Both the position numbers and the translations under genes were made by a program. A stretch of DNA of 43,184 bases from a virus (taxonomy: Duplodnaviria; Caudoviricetes): positions 1-43,184 of the IMG/VR virus record IMGVR_UViG_3300037420_000654. One strand, written 5' to 3'. Below the pieces are notes generated by a model. That model was not told the origin of the DNA, did no database searches, and saw only the letters and a list, made by a program, of their open reading frames with translations. How positions within the stretch are numbered: the first letter of the stretch is position 1; each line of letters begins with the position of its first letter. Shown in pieces: positions 27,855 through 36,256 of this stretch.

Positions 27855-28323
27855 TAGATGCCTCCCCCTTTTTTCGCTGATGTGTGAGCTTCATACCGAG
27901 GACCGCAGGGTCCTCACCAGCATCAAGCTTTGCGCAAACGTCTAGCAGGATTTCTGCCTTTCGTTCCCAGCCGAAAACCCCGTTTAGGGCTTCGTCTGTT
28001 TCCACCAGCTTGAGTGCTTGGGTGAGTATGGCCACATCCCGTCGCGCAGGGGGAGACTGTCGAACGTCATGAGTGAGTGAAGGTTCAGCGGATGAACTTA
28101 CCAGTTCAGGGAGGATGCCTTCCTGAAGCCAATCCATGCGAATCAGGGGGAGCAATTCCCTGACCTTCGGCACACTTGGTTGGCCAACTCTGCCTCTATC
28201 TCTCCAACCTCTCACGGTTTGCTGACCAGTCGGTCCAAATTGGGCGGCCAGCCACGCGTTGTCCCGCCCGTGCAGCATGAGGGCGTAGTCGAGCCGAGCG
28301 TCGAAGTCGCGTTCATCAATCAT
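27811..28323 (-). CDS. CI-like repressor (N-terminal HTH, no S24 peptidase domain)
   Basis: FDARLDYAL..AWLAAQ..QQTVRGW..RG..MDWLQEG; divergent from cro. Confidence 0.7.
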   Translation of the reverse strand: MIDERDFDARLDYALMLHGRDNAWLAAQFGPTGQQTVRGWRDRGRVGQPSVPKVRELLPLIRMDWLQEGILPELVSSSAEPSLTHDVRQSPPARRDVAILTQALKLVETDEALNGVFGWERKAEILLDVCAKLDAGEDPAVLGMKLTHQRKKGEASNGAPGTDGDGKRGK

Positions 28324-28329
28324 TTGTTG

Positions 28330-28359
28330 ATTGTCTAAGCGACCGTCCGTCGGCTGCAA
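28330..28359 (-). promoter_or_regulatory. pRM-like promoter (leaderless)
   Basis: TTGCAG-N18-GACAAT then 6 nt to ATG 28323; no RBS. Confidence 0.5.
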
Positions 28360-28370
28360 TAAACAAGCCA

Positions 28371-28399
28371 TTGACTCATCTACACGGACCATTTAGTAT
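28371..28399 (+). promoter_or_regulatory. pR-like sigma70 promoter with overlapping operator (28380-28396)
   Basis: TTGACT-N17-TAGTAT; contains CTACACGGACCATTTAG. Confidence 0.8.
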
Positions 28400-28406
28400 C
28401 GGCTCC

Positions 28407-28637
28407 GTGAACGCCCTTACTCGTGCAATTGAACGGATCGAGCCGAAAACGCAGGCCGAACTGGCCCGGCGGCTCTCCTCCCATCTCGGCAAGCGGGTCA
28501 CGCCGCAACAGGTCAACGCTTGGTTCTCGCGTGGCTGGGCTGCGCCGCGCTATGCGCCCGCGATTGAGCACCTGACCGGCGTCACCTGCGCCGAGCTGGT
28601 GTCCGACATTCCTGACAAAGACGAAGAGAAGCATTGA
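28407..28637 (+). CDS. Cro-like HTH protein
   Basis: NALTRAI..TQAELARRL..VTPQQVNAW..AIEHLTGVTCAEL; GTG 28407. Confidence 0.85.
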   Translation: MNALTRAIERIEPKTQAELARRLSSHLGKRVTPQQVNAWFSRGWAAPRYAPAIEHLTGVTCAELVSDIPDKDEEKH

Positions 28638-28645
28638 CCTGATCT

Positions 28646-28670
28646 CCCGGGCTTCGTGCCCGGGTTTTTT
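28646..28670 (+). terminator. tR1-like terminator
   Basis: CCCGGGC-TTCGT-GCCCGGG-T6. Confidence 0.75.
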
Positions 28671-28687
28671 GTACCTCAGGGGCTTTG

Positions 28688-28711
28688 GCAAGAGGTGGCA
28701 AGAAATGGCAA
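28688..28711 (-). promoter_or_regulatory. CII-type binding site / pRE-like promoter
   Basis: Minus strand TTGC-N6-TTGC-N6-TTGC overlapping the start of the cII-position gene. Confidence 0.7.
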
Positions 28712-29064
28712 GTGTTGGAACACAAAACACTCTGCGGCTCGCGTTTGGTGTCCAGTCCGGCCCGAAAGATGCGCCCGCCAAGTTGCTGCGCCAGATCGAG
28801 TCCGAGGAGCAGGCCATTGCGGTTTCGGTGGCGGCGAGCGGCCTAAAGCTCGCCTATATCGGCGCCTGCCTCGGCGTCTCCGAGGGCTACGTCTCCCGCA
28901 TCCGCGCTGGCAAGCGCCCGATGCCCGAGAAGCTGGTGGGGCCGTTCTGCGCGGCCACCGGCACAAACCTGTTGCGCCAATTCCGCGACCTGCAAGCCGC
29001 GTTGTCCGAGTGCGACGCGCGGCGCGAGGTCGAGCGATTGGCGTCCATGTTGGAGGTCGCATGA
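28705..29064 (+). CDS. CII-like HTH regulator
   Basis: LAYIGACLGVSEGYVSRIRAGKR HTH; follows cro and tR1. Confidence 0.7.
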   Translation: MASVGTQNTLRLAFGVQSGPKDAPAKLLRQIESEEQAIAVSVAASGLKLAYIGACLGVSEGYVSRIRAGKRPMPEKLVGPFCAATGTNLLRQFRDLQAALSECDARREVERLASMLEVA

Positions 29065-29216
29065 ACCACGAACAGCAATCCATCTCCGAGCTGGAAGCCG
29101 GCGTCGCCGCGCAGCTCAAGCAAGCCGGGTGGGACGACAACGCCCAGCGCCACGAGAAGGCCGCCGAAGCCTATGGCATTCGCGAACTGACACAGGAATG
29201 GGAGACGCGGCAGTGA
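29061..29216 (+). CDS. Hypothetical protein
   Basis: GGAGG RBS; ATGA overlap. Confidence 0.55.
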   Translation: MNHEQQSISELEAGVAAQLKQAGWDDNAQRHEKAAEAYGIRELTQEWETRQ

Positions 29217-29356
29217 GCTACCAGCAACGTTTCCGCGACGCCTTCTGGCGCTGGTTCTTCGACGCGGACGCCGCCGAAGTCGCGCTCGCCTATCTCGGCA
29301 TCACCCCGTCACTGAAAGCCGAACTCGCCCGCATTGGGGAGGCCCGCCATGCGTGA
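29213..29356 (+). CDS. Hypothetical protein
   Basis: GGAG RBS; GTGA overlap. Confidence 0.55.
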   Translation: MSYQQRFRDAFWRWFFDADAAEVALAYLGITPSLKAELARIGEARHA

Positions 29357-29567
29357 GATCCAAACACCGACCGCCGAGGAAATCGCGTTCGCGCGGTTCC
29401 AGGTCGAACGCTACCGCCGCCGCCTGCGCCGCTATGCCACTGCCGTCCCGCAGGGCGTCTGGAACGCGCTGGACGGCCCGCCGCCCACGCCCGAGGAGTT
29501 GGCCGAAGCCCGACGACAGATCGTCGAGCAGCAGGCGCGGGACGAGGGGAAAAGCGGGTTGTTCTGA
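29349..29567 (+). CDS. Hypothetical protein
   Basis: GGAGG RBS; ATG 29349. Confidence 0.55.
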   Translation: MREIQTPTAEEIAFARFQVERYRRRLRRYATAVPQGVWNALDGPPPTPEELAEARRQIVEQQARDEGKSGLF

Positions 29568-29592
29568 GAGTGGGTTAGTAGGGGGCTGCATC

Positions 29593-30294
29593 ATGCGGGA
29601 CTACGGCAAGGTACACACGAGTTTCTGGGAGAGCGACACGCTCCGCGAGCTGGACGGCGACGCCAAGCTCCTGGCGCTGTACCTGCTGACCTCGCGACAC
29701 ACACACATGGCGGGGGTGTTCAGTCTCCCCACCGCCTACGCGGCGCATGACCTCGGATGGGATTCGGAACGGTTGTCGAACGGTTTCCGAACCCTTTCCG
29801 CCACCAACTGGCTGCGCCGCTGCGACCGCACGGGTTGGGTGTGGATCGTCAAGTTCATCAAGTTCAACCCGCCCGATAACCCGAACCAGCAGAAGGCCAT
29901 CAGGAAGCAGTTCGCTCTTGTTCCTGTCAACTGCTCTTTCGCTACGGAGGTGGTGACTTCGGAACCGTTGTCTAACGGTTACGGAAACACTCCTACTCCT
30001 ACTCCTATTCCTACTCCTGTTCTTACGACCATTCCGCTTGACGACGGAAGCGAGCATCCGATCACCGCCGAGGACGTGAAGGAGCTGGGGGGTGCGTACC
30101 CGCTGATCGACGTGCTGGCCGAATGCCGCAAGGCACGGGCGTGGTGTCTCGGCAGCCCCGCCAACCGCAAGACGAAGCGCGGGGTCGGGAAGTTCGTCAA
30201 CGGCTGGATGGCGCGGGCGCAGAAGGACGCCGAAAAGAACGCTCCCGCCAAGGCGCAGGCAGCCCAGCCGGGCGGCGGGAGGCGGGCGCTGTGA
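29593..30294 (+). CDS. Replication initiator protein
   Basis: MRDYGKV..SFW, LLALYLLTS.H, NPPDNPN, linker, W..N.KT.RG..KF.NGW; precedes DnaB; internal repeats. Confidence 0.8.
   Translation: MRDYGKVHTSFWESDTLRELDGDAKLLALYLLTSRHTHMAGVFSLPTAYAAHDLGWDSERLSNGFRTLSATNWLRRCDRTGWVWIVKFIKFNPPDNPNQQKAIRKQFALVPVNCSFATEVVTSEPLSNGYGNTPTPTPIPTPVLTTIPLDDGSEHPITAEDVKELGGAYPLIDVLAECRKARAWCLGSPANRKTKRGVGKFVNGWMARAQKDAEKNAPAKAQAAQPGGGRRAL
29764..30018. repeat. Candidate replication origin iterons within initiator gene
   Basis: TCGGAACGGTTGTCGAACGGTTTCCGAACC (29764) and TCGGAACCGTTGTCTAACGGTTACGGAAAC (29959), 11-bp units; followed by (ACTCCT)n tract. Confidence 0.6.
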
Positions 30295-31556
30295 TGCAGA
30301 CCCCGACCTACGCCGAGGAAGCCGTGCTGGGCGGCATCCTGCTGCGCAACGAGAACTACCACGACGCCTCGCCATACCTGACGGCCGAGCATTTCACCAG
30401 CGCCTTCCGCAAGCGCCTGTGGACGGCCCTGAAGGACCGGATCACGGCGGGCGAGCCTGCCGACATCGTGACCGTCGCCGAGTCCCTGCCGGACGACGCG
30501 GCGGACATCATCGGCCTCGCGAATACCTGCGTCACCTCCCGCGTGGTGCCGACTTACGTCGGAATCGTCCGCGAGAACTGGCGCAAGCGCGAAGCGGCCA
30601 CCATCGCGACCCGCCTGCTGGCGGCCACCCGCTCCGGCGAGGACGGCGTGAACGAGGCCATCGGCGACTTGCTGCGCCTGAACGCTACGGTCACGGAACA
30701 CGAATACACGGGCAAGCAGGCGCTGGCGCTGGCGTGGAAGCAGGCCGAGGAAGCGCACCTCAACGGCGGCAAGCTGCCCGGTATCACGACCGGCCTGCAA
30801 GCCTTGGATGACATCCTCGGTGGCTGGCACAACTCCGACCTCACGCTGATCGGCGCGCGGCCCGCGATGGGCAAGACGGCGCTGCTGGTGAACCTCGCGG
30901 AAGCCGCTGCGGCAGCCAAGGTGCCGGTAGGTTTCGTGAGTGCCGAGCAGCCCGTCGAGCAGATCGGCATCCGTCGCCTGGCGCTGGCGTCGCGGGTGGG
31001 CGCTGCGGCCATTCGCGCAGGGCGGATCGACAACGAACAATGGTCGAAGGTCAGCGCAGGCGTGCGCGAGTACCGAGACGCGCCGATCTGGATTTATGAC
31101 CGCTCCGCGCTGACGCTGGACGAGCTGGTCGCCATCGCGCGCAAGTGGAAGCACGCGCACAGTATGGGGATTCTGTTCATTGACTACGCCCAGCGCATCA
31201 CGGTGCCGGGCGCGGATCGCATCACCGAAGTCTCGGCGATTGCACGCGGGCTGAAGAACCTCGCCCGCGACTTGCAGATTCCCGTCGTCTCACTGGCGCA
31301 GGTCAAGGCCGAAGTGGACAAGCGCGACGACAAGCGCCCGAAGTCCGGCGACTTGGCGAACAGCGACGAGCTGACGCGCGAGGCCGACCAGATCCTGATG
31401 CTCTACCGGGAAGCGGCCTACAACGAAAACGCCAACCGCACGACGGCCGAAATCCTGATCGAGAAGAACCGTCACGGCCCGACCGGGTTCAAGCAGGTGG
31501 CATTCCTTGAAGAAACGATGCGCTTTGCGGACATCGCGCGCGAGGACTACGCATGA
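30294..31556 (+). CDS. dnaB: DnaB-like replicative helicase
   Basis: AEEAVLGGIL, GARPAMGKT (Walker A), FIDYAQ, LKNLARDLQIP, EKNRHGPTG. Confidence 0.95.
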   Translation: MQTPTYAEEAVLGGILLRNENYHDASPYLTAEHFTSAFRKRLWTALKDRITAGEPADIVTVAESLPDDAADIIGLANTCVTSRVVPTYVGIVRENWRKREAATIATRLLAATRSGEDGVNEAIGDLLRLNATVTEHEYTGKQALALAWKQAEEAHLNGGKLPGITTGLQALDDILGGWHNSDLTLIGARPAMGKTALLVNLAEAAAAAKVPVGFVSAEQPVEQIGIRRLALASRVGAAAIRAGRIDNEQWSKVSAGVREYRDAPIWIYDRSALTLDELVAIARKWKHAHSMGILFIDYAQRITVPGADRITEVSAIARGLKNLARDLQIPVVSLAQVKAEVDKRDDKRPKSGDLANSDELTREADQILMLYREAAYNENANRTTAEILIEKNRHGPTGFKQVAFLEETMRFADIAREDYA

Positions 31557-31681
31557 CCAAGCCCAAGCAACCCGAATACAGCCCGCCCGTGCAGTCGCGC
31601 GACGGTCGCGTGGTGTGGCTGGACTTCTTCAAGGCCATGCAGATGGCGGCGATGGGCCAGCCGAAGGGGAAGAAGCGGTGA
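31553..31681 (+). CDS. Small hypothetical protein
   Basis: GAGG RBS; overlaps both sides. Confidence 0.5.
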   Translation: MTKPKQPEYSPPVQSRDGRVVWLDFFKAMQMAAMGQPKGKKR

Positions 31682-32082
31682 AACTTTGGTCCCGTCAGCA
31701 ACTTGACCGCGCCTATGCGTTCGCCTGCTCGCTGCTGGAGCAGGGCGCAATCGACTGGCAGTGCGAGCCGTGGGCCGAGCCGCGCACGTCGAAGCAGAAC
31801 CGCTACCTGTGGCGGGCGGTGTACGAACCCCTGGTCGAGCGGTGCGGCTTCTCGAAAGAGGAATGGCACGAGCACTGGTGCATCGAATACTTCGGCGCGG
31901 TCGAAGTGGTCAAGCCGTCCGGCAAGGTCGAGGTCAAGCCGCAGCGGACCACGACGACCAACGAACACGGCAAGCGCGACGTGCTGAAGGGCAAGGCGTT
32001 CGCCGATTTCGTGGCCTTTGTCGAATCCGAGTGCGCCAAGAAAGGCGTGTTCGTGGTCGAGCAGTGGAAGGAGGCGGCATGA
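31678..32082 (+). CDS. NinB/Orf-like recombination protein
   Basis: RTSKQNRYLW, SKEEWHE, F.DFV.FVE. Confidence 0.75.
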   Translation: MKLWSRQQLDRAYAFACSLLEQGAIDWQCEPWAEPRTSKQNRYLWRAVYEPLVERCGFSKEEWHEHWCIEYFGAVEVVKPSGKVEVKPQRTTTTNEHGKRDVLKGKAFADFVAFVESECAKKGVFVVEQWKEAA

Positions 32083-32411
32083 TCCGTTCGCAAGCCCTCC
32101 GCGACAGCGCCGGCCATCCCGACGCGCATTGTATGTTCGAGATCGCCGGAGTGTGCGGCGACTCGACCGACTCCAAGACGGCCGGCTGCATGTTATGCCA
32201 CATCCGCCTGCCGGGCGAGTGCGGCGGCGCACAGAAGCCGGACGACACATCGGCGGCCTTCGGGTGCGGGCCGTGCCATCGCGCGTTCGACGCGAACGGC
32301 TGCGCGCCGCTGCCGGAACACGAATGGATGTTTTACGCCCTGCGCGCACTGGCCCGCCAACTGCGGTGGTGGTTCGCGCATGGGTTTCTGACGATCAAGG
32401 GGGCGAAGTAG
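32079..32411 (+). CDS. DUF1364 (YbcO-like) Zn-binding putative nuclease
   Basis: RSQALRDSA, C...I.GVC, LCH, KPDD..AAFGC..CH..FD. Confidence 0.8.
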   Translation: MIRSQALRDSAGHPDAHCMFEIAGVCGDSTDSKTAGCMLCHIRLPGECGGAQKPDDTSAAFGCGPCHRAFDANGCAPLPEHEWMFYALRALARQLRWWFAHGFLTIKGAK

Positions 32412-32779
32412 TGAATTTCGGAACAGCAACCATCCGCGCGCCGATGCGCAAGACGCGCGCACCCAAGTACGACTGTGGCCCGCACGGCAGGCTGACGGTC
32501 AAGCAGATCGCGGTCACGGCCAAGATCACGCCGCAAGCCGTCACGCGCCGCCTTCGTTCTGGCATGAAGGGCGAATCCCTCTGCGCACCGCGCAACGCCC
32601 ACCGCACGCCGAAGGCGCGCTGCCTGAAGCCGGTGATCCGCACGGCCGTGAAGCTGGCGCGGTTGTACCCGGATCGCGTTCCGACGCTAGACGAGATCCA
32701 GCAGGCACATCCGATGGGGACGCGGAACGCAGTGAGCTGGCGGCAAGCGTTCGCTGAAATGAAAAAGGGAGCCGTCTGA
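32411..32779 (+). CDS. Basic HTH-containing protein
   Basis: LTVKQIA..AKITPQAVTRRLRSG. Confidence 0.6.
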   Translation: MNFGTATIRAPMRKTRAPKYDCGPHGRLTVKQIAVTAKITPQAVTRRLRSGMKGESLCAPRNAHRTPKARCLKPVIRTAVKLARLYPDRVPTLDEIQQAHPMGTRNAVSWRQAFAEMKKGAV

Positions 32780-32991
32780 TGCGCCGTGGTCCGGGGCCAG
32801 CGTTTGCGAAGGTGATGGACGACCAGCACGCAGCGACGGCGGCCGAGTCGTATTTCCGCGTGGCGATCTGGATTGCCTCACTCAAGGAGGAGCCGAAGCC
32901 AGACCGCATCATGGAGCGGTTCAGTGTGCATCGCTCGACCGCGTATCGGTGGTTGGCGGCGTGGAAGTCGGCGAATGGAGCGGCGGCATGA
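32779..32991 (+). CDS. Small HTH protein
   Basis: IMERFSVHRSTAYRW. Confidence 0.7.
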   Translation: MRRGPGPAFAKVMDDQHAATAAESYFRVAIWIASLKEEPKPDRIMERFSVHRSTAYRWLAAWKSANGAAA

Positions 32992-33031
32992 GCGGAGCCA
33001 AATCACGCCGCAAGGCGCTGGAGGAGAAGTG

Positions 33032-33370
33032 ATGAACCGTCGCAACTTTCTGAAGGGTGCAGTTGGGCTGGCCGCAGTAGCGGTGACTTGGCCGACGCTG
33101 GCGAGGTTGTCGCGCAGTGACCGAGAGCGATTAGCCGATCAGATCAGGACGGGCGGCGTCATCGAGAATCAAACGTTCTTGCTAGAAGGTTCTGGCCCCG
33201 TCGTCATCGCTGTGGACAACCTGACAATTCGGAATTGCCGGTTCATCTGGAAGAAGCGCGCAACGGGCTATTTAATGGAAATCCACGGGAATAACACCGC
33301 GCTTATCGGTTGCACGCTTGACGGTCGGGGTGGCCTTGACCGGGCGGCCCGAATGGTCGCCATCGCATGA
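33032..33370 (+). CDS. Twin-arginine signal protein with short beta-helix-like segment
   Basis: GGAG RBS; MNRRNFLKG + hydrophobic stretch + TLA; DNLTIRNCRF, NNTALIGCTLDG. Confidence 0.65.
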   Translation: MNRRNFLKGAVGLAAVAVTWPTLARLSRSDRERLADQIRTGGVIENQTFLLEGSGPVVIAVDNLTIRNCRFIWKKRATGYLMEIHGNNTALIGCTLDGRGGLDRAARMVAIA

Positions 33371-33771
33371 GCGGCGCGTTCTCCCGCAACAAAGGCGCGC
33401 GTGCGGAACGCGAATTGTGCAGCCTGCTGCGAGACAACCTCGGCGGCGACTACAACCGCAACCTCAAGCAGTACCAGAAGTCGCAGGAAGGCGACGTGGA
33501 GCAACTGGTCGGGCCGTACCTGATCGAGTGCAAGGCACACGCCACGCTGAACCTGAAGGCCTGGTGGGGACAGGTATCGCAGGCCGCATCGCGTCATGCC
33601 GAACGGCCGATTCCCTGCCTCGCCTACAAGGTGCCGCGCAAAGGCTGGAGATTCCGAGTCCCGCTGCGCGAAGCATGGGCCAGCGGGCAGCAGTGGGGCA
33701 GGGAACTGACGTACACGATGGATCTGTCGCCTGACGGATTCTTTCTTTTGGTGCGCGAACACGGTCAATAG
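33367..33771 (+). CDS. PD-(D/E)XK Holliday junction resolvase-like nuclease
   Basis: SRNKGARAERE, GD, IECK, WWGQ. Confidence 0.8.
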   Translation: MSGAFSRNKGARAERELCSLLRDNLGGDYNRNLKQYQKSQEGDVEQLVGPYLIECKAHATLNLKAWWGQVSQAASRHAERPIPCLAYKVPRKGWRFRVPLREAWASGQQWGRELTYTMDLSPDGFFLLVREHGQ

Positions 33772-33779
33772 GGGGCCGT

Positions 33780-34067
33780 ATGAACTACGCACTGTTTGGG
33801 GAGTGGGTGCGGGATCGGGTGGAGGACTTGGTGCGCTTCGGCGTGCCGAGGGATGAGGCCGAACACCTGATGCGCGGCGTCGAGTACGCAGCCGTCGCGG
33901 CCGAGGCCAAGGAACGCAGCGATAACCAATTCCTTCTCGACTTCCGCCGCCTCGGAACCAAGGCCACGGCAATCAAACACGAAATGACGGAAGCCGGCGC
34001 GCGAAAGAAGCGCAGGACGCTTCTAAGTCGTGTACCGGAGTTTGGGTCTAAGTTGCGTTCGGCCTAG
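33780..34067 (+). CDS. Hypothetical protein
   Basis: GGGGG RBS; ORF in operon. Confidence 0.6.
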   Translation: MNYALFGEWVRDRVEDLVRFGVPRDEAEHLMRGVEYAAVAAEAKERSDNQFLLDFRRLGTKATAIKHEMTEAGARKKRRTLLSRVPEFGSKLRSA

Positions 34068-34107
34068 GACACTGTCAAGCCATCAGAAGCCGCAAAGGAG
34101 CGGTGAG

Positions 34108-34380
34108 ATGGCAGTCGAGATCGGCAACACCCTTCACTTCATCACCGGCTGTAGCTTTGAGCTAGATCGCAACGACCTAGATATCCGCGTCACCGCCAAC
34201 GGCTTTGTAGTGACGAAGCGCAAGGCCGGCGACGAGGGCAACTTGGGCCGCGCCCACGTATTCACCAACGCTGCTGCAATGGCGGCGTGGATTCGCAAGG
34301 AATACACCCCGAAGATCGCCAAGAAGGCCAAGAAGCCGGCGAAGAAGAAGCCTGCCAAGAAGAAGGCCGGCGGTGCGTGA
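34108..34380 (+). CDS. Protein with histone H1-like Lys-rich tail
   Basis: AGGAG RBS; ends KIAKKAKKPAKKKPAKKKAGGA. Confidence 0.65.
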   Translation: MAVEIGNTLHFITGCSFELDRNDLDIRVTANGFVVTKRKAGDEGNLGRAHVFTNAAAMAAWIRKEYTPKIAKKAKKPAKKKPAKKKAGGA

Positions 34381-34676
34381 TGGCCTCTCTAACCATCGTG
34401 TCATCCCGCAACGATGACAACAGCACCACGCTGACGGTCACGTTGCCGGCCCGCCGCAATGGCGAGGTCAACTTCGGGGCGCTGGCGCGGATCAACCGCG
34501 ACTTGCTGCTCATCAACCCGCAGGCGTTCGACCCGCCTGATCCGCCGCCGCTGACTACCGCGATCCGTGATGGGCATACCGCCGATGGTGGCGGGCTGGT
34601 CGAGGCGATGCTGGACCGCGCGGCTGAGGAACCGGACGGACTGAAGGCCGGCGAAGCCTATCGGGTGGACGCATGA
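34380..34676 (+). CDS. Hypothetical protein
   Basis: TGATG overlap. Confidence 0.6.
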   Translation: MASLTIVSSRNDDNSTTLTVTLPARRNGEVNFGALARINRDLLLINPQAFDPPDPPPLTTAIRDGHTADGGGLVEAMLDRAAEEPDGLKAGEAYRVDA

Positions 34677-34930
34677 AGCGCCTGACCCTTCGCACCGAAA
34701 ACCAATGGCGCAGCCTGAAGGATGGCGCGGGCGTGGACCTGCTGCGCGTGTCGTTCCATGCAAACCGCTTCCTGTGGGCGGGCGCGGTGACGGTGGCGGG
34801 CTTCGGATTCGGGTTCACCTACTGGCACGTCAAGCTGCCGGAGTGGAAGCCCATCGAGATCGAGCCGGAGCCTGGCACGCAGGCTTACACCGTCAAGTGG
34901 GTTCGCACCGGCATGGAGCACGCACCGTGA
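34673..34930 (+). CDS. Hypothetical protein
   Basis: ATGA overlap. Confidence 0.6.
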   Translation: MKRLTLRTENQWRSLKDGAGVDLLRVSFHANRFLWAGAVTVAGFGFGFTYWHVKLPEWKPIEIEPEPGTQAYTVKWVRTGMEHAP

Positions 34931-35088
34931 GAATTTCCTACAAGGTGCTGGCCGCCACCATCGCGTGGGGCGTGGCCTGCTGGGCATGGCTGCCGCATAA
35001 CGCCTCGCTGCCCGTGGCGTTGGTACTCGGCGGCTGCGCGGTCGGCGTGATCGTGGGGATTTTTGATGTGATGCGGGGGAAGGCGTGA
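34927..35088 (+). CDS. Small two-TM membrane protein
   Basis: Two hydrophobic segments; GTGA overlaps. Confidence 0.6.
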   Translation: MRISYKVLAATIAWGVACWAWLPHNASLPVALVLGGCAVGVIVGIFDVMRGKA

Positions 35089-35930
35089 GCCGCCGACACT
35101 TCATCGTGCCGGATACTCAGGTCCGCCCCGGTGTGCCGACCGATCACATCGACTGGGTGGCGCAGGCCATCGTGGACTACAAGCCCGACGTGCTGGTGCA
35201 TATCGGCGACCACTGGGACATGCCGAGCCTGTCCATGCACGACCCGGCCGGCTCACTGGCGAAAGAGGGCGCGAGGTACGAGGACGACATCGCGGCGGGC
35301 AACGAAGCCTTCGCGCGGCTGGTCGCTCCGATGCGTGCCGAACAGGAGCGCCTGCGCCGCCGCAAGCAGCGGGCGTGGGAGCCGCGCTGTATCTGGACGA
35401 AGGGCAACCACGAGAACCGGATCGACAGGGCCATCAATGCCGACCCGCGCTTCGCCGGGACGATTGGCGACCACCACCTCAACACGCAAGGCTTTGAGCG
35501 CGGCGCGTACCTAGAGGTGAAGTGCGTCGATGGCGTGAATTACAGCCACTTCTTCCAGATGGAGAAGTCGGACCGGCCCATCGGCGGCTCGATGGACAAC
35601 CGGATGAACAAAATCTGCGCCACGTTCGTGGCCGGCCACGAGCAGGGGTATCTCGTGCACCGCCGCCCGCTGCCGATTGGGCGGACGATCCATGGCGTCG
35701 TGGCAGGGAGTTGCTATCTCCACGACGAGGGCTATCGCGGACACCAGCGCAACAACGACTGGCGCGGGATCGTGATCCTCAACGACGTGCGCAACGGCGG
35801 AGATTGCGAGCCGATGCCGCTGACCCTCGACTACCTCTGCCGCAAATACGAGCGCATGAGCCTGAGCGCCTACCTGCGGAAGAAATACAAGAACGCGGAA
35901 TACCTCTACACGCTGGCGAGGGCGGCATGA
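35085..35930 (+). CDS. Calcineurin-like metallophosphoesterase
   Basis: PDTQ, GDHWD, GNHE, SH, GHEQ motifs. Confidence 0.88.
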   Translation: MSRRHFIVPDTQVRPGVPTDHIDWVAQAIVDYKPDVLVHIGDHWDMPSLSMHDPAGSLAKEGARYEDDIAAGNEAFARLVAPMRAEQERLRRRKQRAWEPRCIWTKGNHENRIDRAINADPRFAGTIGDHHLNTQGFERGAYLEVKCVDGVNYSHFFQMEKSDRPIGGSMDNRMNKICATFVAGHEQGYLVHRRPLPIGRTIHGVVAGSCYLHDEGYRGHQRNNDWRGIVILNDVRNGGDCEPMPLTLDYLCRKYERMSLSAYLRKKYKNAEYLYTLARAA

Positions 35931-36256
35931 ACCGACTCAAGAAAGCATGGCTGGCGCTGACGGATCGGCTGGAGCCGGAAATTGTGCGCGAGCAGGTTGT
36001 GGAACGGGTGGAAGTTCCCGTGTTCGGTGAGCCGATGCTGGCAAGCGTTTACCGGGCGTATGACATTGGTCCGTTCCGGATACAGAAACCGCTCGGGATT
36101 TATTTCACTTGCGAGCAGGCCCATAGCGAGCACCCCAGCGCGCTGGTTTCAAAGGTGGATGCCATTCGCGTGGGGCGGCGATATTTCTGGATCGGGAATA
36201 TCAAGGAGATTGAGGTAGCGCCCAAGCCCAAGCGCCCCAAGGGGAGCCGTGCTTGA
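35927..36256 (+). CDS. Hypothetical protein
   Basis: ATGA overlap; GAGG RBS. Confidence 0.6.
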   Translation: MNRLKKAWLALTDRLEPEIVREQVVERVEVPVFGEPMLASVYRAYDIGPFRIQKPLGIYFTCEQAHSEHPSALVSKVDAIRVGRRYFWIGNIKEIEVAPKPKRPKGSRA

